DNA of 64,000 nucleotides from Mycoplasmatota bacterium (lineage in GTDB: Bacteria > Bacillota_I > Bacilli_A > MAG-NZ). The notes beneath the pieces were generated by a model. The model was not told where the DNA came from. It made no database searches and saw nothing but the letters and a program-made list of their open reading frames with translations. Location: NCBI GenBank assembly GCA_018394315.1, contig CP074575.1, forward strand, positions 682,001 to 746,000. Reading direction: 5' to 3'. Shown here one piece after another: positions 1 through 10,040 of the stretch. The translations under genes and the position numbers were made by a program. Numbering within the stretch: the stretch's first letter is position 1; each line of letters starts with the position of its first letter.

Positions 1-261
1 GACTTATTAACTGATCTTAATAATTTTAGAAACACAGTGGAAGATATTGATGATTTAGAAAAAGAAATTATTTTCTACGGTGGTGTCGCTATTATTGGAA
101 CTGTTTTACTACTTATATTCACTTCAGGAACCAGTGCTGGATTACAAGCAGCTTTAGCATCCGCTGGTATATTTGGAGTTGTTGCTGACCTTACTATGGA
201 TCTTGATCGAGCTATTGACGATGCTTATTATTATTATTTTAGAGTGTATAATGCAAAATAG
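1..261 (+). CDS. Partial (5'-truncated) protein with Gly/Ala-rich hydrophobic C-terminus, possibly bacteriocin-like (geobacillin-26-like)
   Basis: Frame is open from base 1 (DLLTDLNNFRNTVEDID...); hydrophobic GGVAIIGTVLLLIFTSGTSAGLQAALASAG segment; family resemblance from memory only. Confidence 0.45.
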   Translation, partial: DLLTDLNNFRNTVEDIDDLEKEIIFYGGVAIIGTVLLLIFTSGTSAGLQAALASAGIFGVVADLTMDLDRAIDDAYYYYFRVYNAK

Positions 262-457
262 TTTAATCCTATTTGGTTTTGTTGATGCGGTTTATTGGTT
301 TATAGCTATCATGTTATTGATTAATGGTATTATTTTATTCTATAAATTTGGCCTAAAAGGAAGTCATGAGGCTTCAAAAAAAGTCGGGATAGTTATGATC
401 ATATTTTCATTATTAGTAATATTATTTTTATTATATCAAGTATTCTTTTTAAATTAA
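251..457 (+). CDS. Small two-TM membrane protein (possible immunity partner of the upstream gene)
   Basis: ATG at 251 overlaps the end of the upstream ORF; two hydrophobic helices; terminator-like hairpin at ~530-565. Confidence 0.5.
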   Translation: MQNSLILFGFVDAVYWFIAIMLLINGIILFYKFGLKGSHEASKKVGIVMIIFSLLVILFLLYQVFFLN

Positions 458-680
458 TCTAAGTAAAGTATCTAATACTATTTATATAATACAGCATAAA
501 TATAATCATTTTGGTAAAATTGATTTTCAAAGGTTGTCATTCGAAAGAATTGCGACCTTTTTTCTTGTAACTTTTTTATGATAATACTAATAATGCAGTA
601 AGAGAAAATATAAAGTATAATTTAACGGGGAAATATTGATCCCTTGATGCGCGCTTCTCTGACTTAGAAAGGTTGGAGAA

Positions 681-902
681 ATGAAAGGAAAAGTAGTTAG
701 AAAAGCAATTGAGATTTATCAATTAATGGTTGTAGAAGAAAAAGCATACTCAAAGGAGGAATTATCTGAAGAATTAAAAGTATCGATAAGAGCTATTCAG
801 GATTACTTTGGAGAAATCAATATTTACCTCTTTGACAGACATGATTACAGGCAGATCATGTATGATCGCTCAATAAAAAAGCATGTTATCAAAGAAATCT
901 AA
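681..902 (+). CDS. Small helix-turn-helix DNA-binding protein
   Basis: SKEELSEELKVSIRAIQDY HTH pattern; GGAG RBS. Confidence 0.6.
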   Translation: MKGKVVRKAIEIYQLMVVEEKAYSKEELSEELKVSIRAIQDYFGEINIYLFDRHDYRQIMYDRSIKKHVIKEI

Positions 903-1023
903 AAGCAGAATATATTTTCTGCTTTTTCTTTTACCTGGAAGATAGGCTTCCGACTGATGTGATATAATGCGTTGAAAAATTAAAAATAAATAGATGTAAA
1001 AAAGACTTATTTATTGTTCCTAC

Positions 1024-1050
1024 GGGGTTCGAATCCCTCTTTCTCCGCCA
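1024..1050 (+). repeat. tRNA-Ser-like 3'-end fragment (att-like scar), copy 1
   Basis: GGGGTTCGAATCCCTCTTTCTCCGCCA = T-arm + acceptor 3' strand + G discriminator + CCA, with no 5' half upstream. Confidence 0.85.
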
Positions 1051-1357
1051 TATAAAATTGATAGGTAAGCGAAAAAACTTAGTTAGAATCTATGGGACTG
1101 CCACAGATTTAGTCTTGAGGACTCTTAAGTTAATTGCTTGTCTTTTTTTATATAGTGGAGACTATTCATTGTACTGTTTTTGTAAGTGTTCACTGTATAA
1201 ATGCAAAAAGATTTGTGTAGTAGTAATCTTTGCATTTACTAACGTTTCAAGTCGACCTTGATAAGTCATTTTAATTTTACTATTATTCTATATTGAATCG
1301 CTAAATTATTAAACCTAACTAATATGATTATTGCTCAAGTAAAAAAAATCACATTTT

Positions 1358-1801
1358 CTATTTGTTAGGCTCTATAAAATCTTTTATATTTCCTGCTTCT
1401 TTATATTCTGCAATATAAATTTTTTTGAATTCCAAATTTTCATTCGTATATCTCATAAATCCGTTATCTTCTTCAAACTCAAGTGGATAATCTTCTCCTA
1501 TATCCAAAACTATCTTATATTTGGTATAGTAACCTTTATCATGTTTAAAATATGATTTTGGAAACTTTAATTCTGATATAAATTTTAATATTGGCTTCAT
1601 CTCATCTCCAGTATATTCATATACAGGAGGATTCATGTAATCCTCATAATAATCGTAGATTAATACTTTATTCACTTCATCCAAAGGGATTTTTGGAGGC
1701 TTGTTTTCATAATTAGTATCCACAGAAAATACTAAAATTATAGTAACAACTATAACACAAATAAGAATGTACTTCCAATTAACTTTACCTTTCCATTTCA
1801 T
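1358..1801 (-). CDS. Hypothetical protein with N-terminal membrane anchor
   Basis: 147-aa ORF, N-terminal TM segment, AAGGGG RBS. Confidence 0.7.
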   Translation of the reverse strand: MKWKGKVNWKYILICVIVVTIILVFSVDTNYENKPPKIPLDEVNKVLIYDYYEDYMNPPVYEYTGDEMKPILKFISELKFPKSYFKHDKGYYTKYKIVLDIGEDYPLEFEEDNGFMRYTNENLEFKKIYIAEYKEAGNIKDFIEPNK

Positions 1802-2272
1802 ATCTTATCCCCTTATCTTGTTGGAATTGCTTATTTACTCTTAAATATACTCTTCGTGAGTAGATTAATTTAGTTGAACCTGTCACATATATGTTTTTAC
1901 ACAATTATGTATAAGTGATTTGCTGTTACAAATACTTTTTAATTAGCTAAGTTGTTTATTAATGATTCTAATCTTAAAAGGCTTTGGAATTACTGTTCAT
2001 TCTATGAAGTAGTGTTTTATGCTGTTTGATCATCTCTTGAGTATTTTAATTTATATATAGATAATTACAATTTAATTCATCATACATTTATACATAATTG
2101 TTGTACCTATGTAATTATATAGTCTATCTGTAATTATGTAAAGATAGCTCAATTCTCCAAAAAAAATTGATTTTTTTTAGGATGTGCCACGTGAATGTCC
2201 TACCCTATTTGCTATAATAGGTTGAATTTGAAAATTTAATAAGTTAAGAATCAGCTTACAATATTGTAGTTG

Positions 2273-2299
2273 GGGGTTCGAATCCCTCTTTCTCCGCCA
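2273..2299 (+). repeat. tRNA-Ser-like 3'-end fragment, copy 2
   Basis: Identical 27-mer to 1024-1050, followed by hairpin AGTAAACG...CGTTTACT and a T-tract. Confidence 0.85.
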
Positions 2300-2473
2300 T
2301 AAAAATAAGATTAGTAAACGCCTAAAGTCGTTTACTTTTTATTCTTCATTATCTAACTCATCAGTCTCCATCACCGATAATCTAATTTTAAAGATGATCA
2401 ATATAGACATATTATGTTATTATATTAAGTGTATTTCTGAAGTCAATTTGATTAGTAATAGGAGAAGAATAAG

Positions 2474-3409
2474 ATGATATATACAGTATGTGGAAAGATA
2501 AATAAATCTGATATGGGCCCTACATTATCACACGAACACTTTAAGTGGGAGAGTAATGAAGAATTTTCACTTAGGATGTACTTTGAAAGAAAGTATAATG
2601 AACAGGAGATAGAAAGTGACTTTGAAAGACTGGTGCCAGTTATTAAAGAATTATATAAACTATCGTGTAGGACTATAGTGGAAGCGTCTCCTCCAATAGG
2701 TGGTCAAAATTTAAAGTTACTAAAAAGACTTTCTGAAGAAACCAAGGTGAATATAGTTCCGTGTACTGGGTGGAATGTGAATAAGTCAGTTTACAAGCTA
2801 TTTCCAAATAAATTTCGTGAACAACTTGCTAAAAGGTGGGTTAGTGATTTTAATGAAGGTTTAGATGTTCTCGAAGGTACAATTATTAGACCAGGATACA
2901 TCAAATTGTTACTTGATAGAGGTAAAATTTCAGAAGTTGATATAGAGATGATAAAAGCAGCTATTATTGCTAGCAAGGAAACTGGAATGCCGATTCATTG
3001 CCATATTTTGGAAGCAGAGATGGTGTATAGTGTTATAGAATTGTTGGAAGGAGAAAACGCTGATTTCTCTAAATTCCTTTGGGCTCATGCAGATAAGGAG
3101 AAAGATTTAGAAACAATTAAATACGCTGCAAGTAAGGGGATGTGGATAGGTATTGATACAATTCATTATGGGGAGTATAAAGAATACATTGAATTATTAA
3201 AAAACATTATCAATTCAGGCATTAAAGATAAACTGTTGTTATCACAAGATTATGATTTTATTGAAGAAATGGATAGAACAGGAAACATTAAGAGCTGTAT
3301 AAGTTTTTTTGATGAATTTATTCCATATTGTCTAAATGAAGGTTTTGATGTAAAAACCATAAGTGATATTATAGTTTCTAATCCTGCAGAGTATTACAAT
3401 ATTCCATAA
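2474..3409 (+). CDS. Phosphotriesterase-related amidohydrolase
   Basis: TLSHEH metal motif, GYIK, PIHCH, WAHAD, LLSQD, C-terminal NP. Confidence 0.9.
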   Translation: MIYTVCGKINKSDMGPTLSHEHFKWESNEEFSLRMYFERKYNEQEIESDFERLVPVIKELYKLSCRTIVEASPPIGGQNLKLLKRLSEETKVNIVPCTGWNVNKSVYKLFPNKFREQLAKRWVSDFNEGLDVLEGTIIRPGYIKLLLDRGKISEVDIEMIKAAIIASKETGMPIHCHILEAEMVYSVIELLEGENADFSKFLWAHADKEKDLETIKYAASKGMWIGIDTIHYGEYKEYIELLKNIINSGIKDKLLLSQDYDFIEEMDRTGNIKSCISFFDEFIPYCLNEGFDVKTISDIIVSNPAEYYNIP

Positions 3410-3478
3410 CAACACCAGTTGTATAATACAATGAAAGTTTATAAAAAAAAATAATTAAGATTTATTCATAGGTATGTT

Positions 3479-3505
3479 GGGGTGCGAATCCCTCTTTCTT
3501 CGCCA
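3479..3505 (+). repeat. tRNA-Ser-like 3'-end fragment, copy 3 (2 mismatches)
   Basis: GGGGTGCGAATCCCTCTTTCTTCGCCA followed by hairpin AGGTAGGCT...AGCATACCT and a T-tract. Confidence 0.8.
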
Positions 3506-3738
3506 TTTAATGGTTATAGGTAGGCTAATTCAGCATACCTTTTTTCATTGCATAGGTGGAATTTATTAAAATATATTGTTTACTACATTTTTTCTCATAA
3601 TTTTTATATCTAAGGTTATATTCTTTTGTATATACCACCAGTTCAATAATGATTAAAAAAATAAGTAGTGGATGGGCGTTCACTTATGACTGAATCAATA
3701 TTGAAAGTGGTTGGAAAAATCATATAAGGAGGAGCAGT

Positions 3739-6066
3739 ATGAGAAAGTTATTGGTCGTATTTACGCTTATGTTACTAGTAGTTATTACTTGCGGGTGTTC
3801 AGATGATGCTAAGAAATCTGAATTTGATTTTGAGCCTGCAATGGGTGGAGCTTTTGATTTAGGAATTGCTAATGATGAAAAATTGATTGAAATGCTAAAG
3901 AGAGAAGGTACTTTGGCTGAAGATGCATCTCCTGCAGTTGCGGAAGAAGCTTTGAGAAATTATCTTAAGGCTAAAATGAATGGGGCAACTAAGGAAGAAG
4001 GACAATTAGAATCATACAAGAGACAGATAAAAGAAAATTTTAATGATGGGAAAGTTACTGAAGGTATATTTAATGGTCTTGGAAATAAAGTTGGACAAAC
4101 TGAAGAACTTAATACCGTAGTAGAGGAAGATTGGGAGGATTCTGTTACTAAGGATAATATCTTAGTAATACTAATTGATTATCCTGACTTTAAGAACAGT
4201 ACAATGACCCCAGATGAAACAGATATGTTCTATGACAATTATACTAAGGAACATTACGAGGAAATGATCTTTGGTGATAATGGATATATAGGTCCAAATG
4301 GAGAACAGTTAATTTCCATGAAACAATTCTATCAAGCTCAGTCAGGGGGGAGCTATTCTATAGAAGGTCAAGTAGTAGGATGGTATACTGCACAAAATCC
4401 TGCGGTTTACTACGGAGGTAATATCGGTGGTGAAGATGGTCATCCTAGAAGTTTAGTATATGAGGCGTTGCTTGGTGCTGCAAATGATCCTGATGTTGAT
4501 TTATCAATATTTGATAATGAAGATAGATACGACTTAGATGGAGATGGAAATTACCGCGAACCTGATGGGCTAATAGATCATTTAATGATTATTCATGCAG
4601 GTGCTGGTGAAGAAGCAGGCGGTGGATCTTTAGGTGAAGATGCGATATGGTCGCATAGATGGAATCTTGGTGGAGTAGCTACTTTACCAGGAACAGAAGC
4701 GGAAGTTCCTTATTGGGGCGGAGAACTTGCAGCATATGATTACACTATGGAACCTGAAGATGGAGCGGCTGGTGTGTTCTCTCATGAATATGGTCATGAT
4801 TTAGGACTTAGTGATGAATATGATACTATATATTCTGGGGCTGGAGAACCTGTAAGTTTTTGGTCAGTAATGAGTACTGGAAGTTGGGCTGGAATAATTC
4901 CTGGTACTGAACCACCTGGATTTAGTCCGTATGCAAAGATGCAACTTCAAACAACTTTGGGTGGAAACTGGATAAGTGGATCTTCTATTCATTTGGATGA
5001 TATTAATGAAAATGGTATAGAAGTATTGTTAGATCAAGCAAGTACTAAGGGAACAAATAATGATGTTTTAAAAATTGAATTACCTGAAAAGGAAGTTATT
5101 ACAAATATTCCTTTTAGTGGAGAATATGAGTATTACAGTGGTAAAGGTAATAATGTAGATAATTATATGTTAACTACTATAGATTTAACTCAAGCAACTT
5201 CAGCTAAGTTACAGTTTAAAGCGTGGTATCAAATTGAAGTAGATTGGGATTACGCATCTATAGGAGTAATGAGCGCTGAAGGCTGGACATCAATTCAGGG
5301 TAATATCACTACTTCAAGTGATCCTTATGGACAAAATCCGGGATATGGTATTACTGGGTATTCGAATGGATGGGTAGACGCAGAATTTGATCTATCTCAA
5401 TTTGTAGGTCAAGAAATATATGTAGGATTTAATTACTGGACGGATGGTTATGTTGCAGAAACTGGGCTCTATGTTGATGACATTAGGGTTTCTGTCAATG
5501 AACAAGAATTAATATTTGATGATGCTGAAAGCAACTCTTTATTCGACCTATATGGATTTACAAAAGATCAAGGTAAATCATACTCTGAGCACTATTATCT
5601 AGTTGAATGGAGGAACCATGAAGGCGTTGATGAGGCTTTAGCTCACATAAAAAGAGGTAACAGCTTGATGGAATTTGATCCAGGAATGCTAGTATGGTAT
5701 GTTGATAAGGGATTCGATAATAACTGGACAGGAGTTCATCCTGGAGATGGATATTTAGGTGTAGTAGATGCAGATCAACATCTAAATATTTGGAGTGATC
5801 GTGATATTGGATCTACTAGATATCAAGTACATGATGCTGCATTCAGTTTAGAGAGTACAGAGAAAATGTACTTAGACTATACATATTTAGGTTTCTATAT
5901 GAAAGATTACTTTACAAAAATGAATCCTTTATTTGATGATAGCTTAGATTATAGTAATAGTGGACTTCCTGATGCAGGTAGAAATATACCTACCTATGGA
6001 CTGAAAATAAGAGTAGTTGGTGAAAGTGAAGATAGAAGTGTAGCAAAAATATTACTTTATAAGTAG
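3739..6066 (+). CDS. inhA: Immune inhibitor A-like M6 family metalloprotease (secreted/lipoprotein)
   Basis: HEYGHDLGLSDEYD zinc motif; DLDGDGNYREPDGLIDHLMIIHAGAGEE; IWSHRW; signal peptide. Confidence 0.9.
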   Translation: MRKLLVVFTLMLLVVITCGCSDDAKKSEFDFEPAMGGAFDLGIANDEKLIEMLKREGTLAEDASPAVAEEALRNYLKAKMNGATKEEGQLESYKRQIKENFNDGKVTEGIFNGLGNKVGQTEELNTVVEEDWEDSVTKDNILVILIDYPDFKNSTMTPDETDMFYDNYTKEHYEEMIFGDNGYIGPNGEQLISMKQFYQAQSGGSYSIEGQVVGWYTAQNPAVYYGGNIGGEDGHPRSLVYEALLGAANDPDVDLSIFDNEDRYDLDGDGNYREPDGLIDHLMIIHAGAGEEAGGGSLGEDAIWSHRWNLGGVATLPGTEAEVPYWGGELAAYDYTMEPEDGAAGVFSHEYGHDLGLSDEYDTIYSGAGEPVSFWSVMSTGSWAGIIPGTEPPGFSPYAKMQLQTTLGGNWISGSSIHLDDINENGIEVLLDQASTKGTNNDVLKIELPEKEVITNIPFSGEYEYYSGKGNNVDNYMLTTIDLTQATSAKLQFKAWYQIEVDWDYASIGVMSAEGWTSIQGNITTSSDPYGQNPGYGITGYSNGWVDAEFDLSQFVGQEIYVGFNYWTDGYVAETGLYVDDIRVSVNEQELIFDDAESNSLFDLYGFTKDQGKSYSEHYYLVEWRNHEGVDEALAHIKRGNSLMEFDPGMLVWYVDKGFDNNWTGVHPGDGYLGVVDADQHLNIWSDRDIGSTRYQVHDAAFSLESTEKMYLDYTYLGFYMKDYFTKMNPLFDDSLDYSNSGLPDAGRNIPTYGLKIRVVGESEDRSVAKILLYK

Positions 6067-6386
6067 TTATATCTAGTTGAACTTGCGTCTGATATATATG
6101 TGTAAGAATAATCCAAGATTATTTTAGAGAGATCAACATGTAGCTTTTTAATAGATATGATTATAGACGCTTGAGTTCAAAGATTAGAGAATACACTAGT
6201 AAAATAATTGAAAAAGTGGAAGGAATATTTTCTACTTTTTCTTTTACTTAGAGTATAAGCCTCTGCCTTGGGCTGACCTATTTACTTTAAGAAAGCTATA
6301 GGAGATATTCTTATTATAAGTCTTTTTAAAATGTATAGTTACTATTTGTTGTTGCATGGTACAATGAAGAAAAGGAGTAGGTTAGA

Positions 6387-7679
6387 ATGCAAAAGAAAAT
6401 ATTTGTGAGTATGATACTCTTTTCAATGTTAATCTTTAATGGTTGTAGTAATAGATTAGAATCTCCTGATTTTACTGAAGAGAATGACACTGAATTACCT
6501 ACGACTGGAGAAATTGAGAGTAAAGTCAAAGTCACATTTAAGGTCACTATACCTGATCCTTTGGGTGAAGGGCAGAACATATCAATAGGTTCGAAATTAA
6601 ACGGATGGGACCCTGATAATCCAGATTATTTTGCAACAAAGATTACTGATACAACTTACCATATAGAACTAGAACTTGATGCATTGAAAAAAAACAAGGT
6701 CATAGAATACCTGTGGACAATTCAGTCACTAAATAATAGTAATCCTTGGACAATGGTTGAAAGAACGGAAAGAGGATACGAGAGAGAAAATAGAGTTTTA
6801 GAATTAACTACGACCCAAGATAATTATATTGTTGATGATGAAGTATTATCATTTGATAATATCTCACTAAAGCCATCTAAGATTGTCGGGAATGTAGATA
6901 TTATCGATGACTTTTTAATTCCACAACTTGATAATCGTTTGACCACAATAAGGGTGTGGATGCCAACAACATATGATAAAAATGATACAAGCAAGAAATA
7001 TCCGGTGATATATATGCAAGATGGCCAGCAAATTATTAAGTCAACGAATTCAAGTGCAAATGAATGGTGTGTAGATGAGACAATAGAGCGATTAATTTCT
7101 GGTGGATTACACTATGGTGCTATCGTTGTGGGGATAGATACTAATGCAGAGAATAGAAGAAGTGATTATACACCAGAATGGGCTAAATCTGAGCTTAGAG
7201 GGGTTACTCAAGGGGAAGCGGATGGTTCAAGGTATGGTACGTTTATAGTAAATACATTGAAGCCTTATATTGATTCAAATTATAACACTCTACCTGATCG
7301 TGAGCATACCTCTATTATAGGAGCTTCATTAGGAGGGGTAATTTCATTTCATGTTGGACTGAAGTATATCGATGTATTTGGAGGAATAGGCTTATTTTCA
7401 CCTGCACTTCAGATAGCATCCGAGGAAGAGCGACAAGGCTTTATTAATAGTATTGACTTTGAATTGTACTCACCAAGAGTTTATGTTTACGGCGGCTACA
7501 ATGAATTTGATATTGTTTGGTATACTTATATAATTGAGAAGGAACTTAGTGAGGCTGGAGTACCTTTAGAGAATATACAAAGACAAATAAGTCCGAATGG
7601 TGAGCATCGAGCACTTTACTGGGGTGAATACTTTCATAATGCATATCTATGGCTTATAGATGATGAGGTAGTCAATTAA
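6387..7679 (+). CDS. Lipoprotein alpha/beta-hydrolase (esterase) with N-terminal CBM-like domain
   Basis: Lipobox FNGC; YPVIYMQDGQ; GASLGG nucleophile elbow; GEH..W catalytic His. Confidence 0.85.
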   Translation: MQKKIFVSMILFSMLIFNGCSNRLESPDFTEENDTELPTTGEIESKVKVTFKVTIPDPLGEGQNISIGSKLNGWDPDNPDYFATKITDTTYHIELELDALKKNKVIEYLWTIQSLNNSNPWTMVERTERGYERENRVLELTTTQDNYIVDDEVLSFDNISLKPSKIVGNVDIIDDFLIPQLDNRLTTIRVWMPTTYDKNDTSKKYPVIYMQDGQQIIKSTNSSANEWCVDETIERLISGGLHYGAIVVGIDTNAENRRSDYTPEWAKSELRGVTQGEADGSRYGTFIVNTLKPYIDSNYNTLPDREHTSIIGASLGGVISFHVGLKYIDVFGGIGLFSPALQIASEEERQGFINSIDFELYSPRVYVYGGYNEFDIVWYTYIIEKELSEAGVPLENIQRQISPNGEHRALYWGEYFHNAYLWLIDDEVVN

Positions 7680-7787
7680 TATAGTAAGTAATTGCTCATA
7701 GTATTAATAGAATTATAAACAGGTTTAGTTAGTCTTGGTTTGTGGTGAATTCTATGATAAACTGCTTATGAAAGAGGAGGAGACAAG

Positions 7788-8873
7788 ATGTTTATAATTT
7801 TTTTGAGTATTATTGTGACAATAGTTTTATTTGTATTATTCGGATTACATTCTGAAAATGGAAGGGTTGTTATCAGAAGAAATAAAGCCCAAATTCTTGC
7901 ACCACTAGGGTTGTTAATAGTTCTTTTTGGGATGATTACAAAAGTAGGAGCGGTACAAGAAGGAGTATTATATGATCCTCTTCGAGGAGGTATACAAGGT
8001 AATGTTATTAAAGAGGGATTAGTAATTAAAGCACCTTGGGCAAAATTATACACACTGCGAAAGGATCAGCAAAGCATTTCTTATAATTACTCAGAACGTG
8101 GAGAAGATACTACATTTAGTGTACAAACTGCGAATGGAGAATTTGCGGTATATGCAGTAGAGATAAAATATAAAAATTCTGATACTTCAAAAGTTTACAA
8201 GGAATTCTTAGGTATGCCTACGTCTGAACAATTAAGTCAGTACGTTCAAACAGCGATTAAGTCAATTGCTTCTGGTCATCCTAGAACTGATTATACAGGA
8301 GCAGAAGGACAAGTTAAGAGTGGTTTTACCATTTATGAAATACTTGGTAACAAGTTTGAGACAACGAGATTCTTATCAGAAGAACTCTTAAGAGAAATCT
8401 TTAAAGAATTCGGATTAGAGTTAATATCACTAAACTTTATGGATATAGATGCAGGTGTTGAAATTGAAAGTATGATTGTTGAACAAGGTACATCTGCTAA
8501 ATTAAAACAAATCAATGAAAATCTAAGAGATGCTGCAGCAGTAGCAAAAGAAACTGCAGAGATTGAAGCACAGGGATTAGCTGCTGCTGAAATTGCACGA
8601 GCTGAAGGTCAAGCGCAAGCTGTTATTTTACAAGCAGAGGCTGAAAAGCAAGCACAAATCTTACAAGCAGAAGCTGAACAGGAGTCACAAATGTTAATCG
8701 CAGAAGGTGAGGCTGAAGCTATTAGACTAGTTACGGAAGCTAATCAAGACTTAATGACAAAATTAGGGTTCACACCTGAACAATATGAACAATACATTAT
8801 TGCTAATAATTGGGACGGAGAACTTCCAGAGACTGTTTTGAGTGAAACTGCGGACATATTACTAAATAGATAA
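7788..8873 (+). CDS. SPFH/prohibitin (band 7) family membrane protein
   Basis: N-terminal TMs, GLVIKAPW, AEAE-rich coiled coil, C-terminal WDGELP. Confidence 0.85.
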   Translation: MFIIFLSIIVTIVLFVLFGLHSENGRVVIRRNKAQILAPLGLLIVLFGMITKVGAVQEGVLYDPLRGGIQGNVIKEGLVIKAPWAKLYTLRKDQQSISYNYSERGEDTTFSVQTANGEFAVYAVEIKYKNSDTSKVYKEFLGMPTSEQLSQYVQTAIKSIASGHPRTDYTGAEGQVKSGFTIYEILGNKFETTRFLSEELLREIFKEFGLELISLNFMDIDAGVEIESMIVEQGTSAKLKQINENLRDAAAVAKETAEIEAQGLAAAEIARAEGQAQAVILQAEAEKQAQILQAEAEQESQMLIAEGEAEAIRLVTEANQDLMTKLGFTPEQYEQYIIANNWDGELPETVLSETADILLNR

Positions 8874-9005
8874 GCGAAATATTTTAACAAAAACAGATTA
8901 TTAAACCTTAATAATCTGTTTTCTTTTTCTATTAATTTTTACGATTGAAGTTAGCTTTAATCTTTAAATTTTATATTATATTTTATAGCGTCTCTTTAGA
9001 ACTTT

Positions 9006-9803
9006 TTATTTTATCTTCCAATATTTTCTTCTCCATCCAGAGCCGAAATCAGGACCAGGTTCTTCGAAACTTGACCACGAAAAACCTTTACTGAGTAAGT
9101 AATTGTGGGTATCATTATCTCTATCAATATTTCCTGGAATGAGTATTAGCATTCCGCCTGGTTTCACAACTCTATTCATTTCGTTGTATTCCTTGATTGG
9201 TTCGTCTCCAAAAACGTGACCAGTCACTAAAACATCTGCAAAGTTTTCTGGAAATGGAATGTCTGTTATTAAACCATCAATAGTGTAGATGTTTTCAAGT
9301 CCAGATTGTTTTGATTTATTTTTTATGTATTCTCTAAGATTTCCTATTGGTTCAACAGCAAAAACTGTCTTTGCTAAAGGTGCAATACGGAAAGTTTGGC
9401 TTCCAGTACCTGCACCAATATCTAATACTGTTTTGTTAGAAAAATCTATTAGTTCTAGAAGCTCATTGTCATCCCAGCGATTGAATGATTGTTTATCATA
9501 TGCTTCTGGTTCAGTAACGTAAATTATCCAATCTTCTAAAGACTCTAAAAAGGCTATTTCTATTTTTCTTAATTCCTCACCGATTAGGATCTTATCATTT
9601 TTGTATTTCAGTAGAACATTATCCAACAACTCGGCAATTTCAGGACATTTATTTTTCATGAACCAGAGAATATGAGGTGATGTTTTAAGTATAATAGATA
9701 GTTGTTTTTCATCTTTAAACTTAGCTAACCACTTTAATTGAACATTTTCTAATAATAATAATGCATTAATATTCATTATCGATAAATCTTTCCATCCAAA
9801 TAT
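9006..9803 (-). CDS. Class I SAM-dependent methyltransferase (start extended from ATG 9776 to in-frame ATA 9803)
   Basis: VLDIGAGTG motif I, RVVKPGG; GGAGG at 9816-9812 is spaced for a start at 9803. Confidence 0.85.
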   Translation of the reverse strand: MFGWKDLSIMNINALLLLENVQLKWLAKFKDEKQLSIILKTSPHILWFMKNKCPEIAELLDNVLLKYKNDKILIGEELRKIEIAFLESLEDWIIYVTEPEAYDKQSFNRWDDNELLELIDFSNKTVLDIGAGTGSQTFRIAPLAKTVFAVEPIGNLREYIKNKSKQSGLENIYTIDGLITDIPFPENFADVLVTGHVFGDEPIKEYNEMNRVVKPGGMLILIPGNIDRDNDTHNYLLSKGFSWSSFEEPGPDFGSGWRRKYWKIK

Positions 9804-10040
9804 AATCTTTTCCTCCTATGATCCCTTTATTTAGGTATGATTAATTATAGTATGTATAATTGTCTAAATGCAATCCATAATTATCTAATTTGACATATTA
9901 AGTATAAAATATTTTTTCGACATAATAAGAAGACATTTTAACATAAAATGATGATTGGTGATGGTAATTAGTTGCGGTAAATATAGTTGAGAAGTGTTGA
10001 AAAAACTGTTGTTTTGGTATATTATAAAGAGTGACCTAGT

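Noticed and set aside
1058..1261. 67-aa ORF after the first scar, and the other short antisense ORFs nested in long genes
   Set aside because: No RBS or recognisable motifs; they overlap terminator-like structure or well-supported genes on the opposite strand
1024..3505. The 27-nt repeats as intact tRNA genes or CRISPR repeats
   Set aside because: No D-arm, anticodon arm or 5' acceptor strand upstream; spacing is ~1.2 kb with whole genes in between
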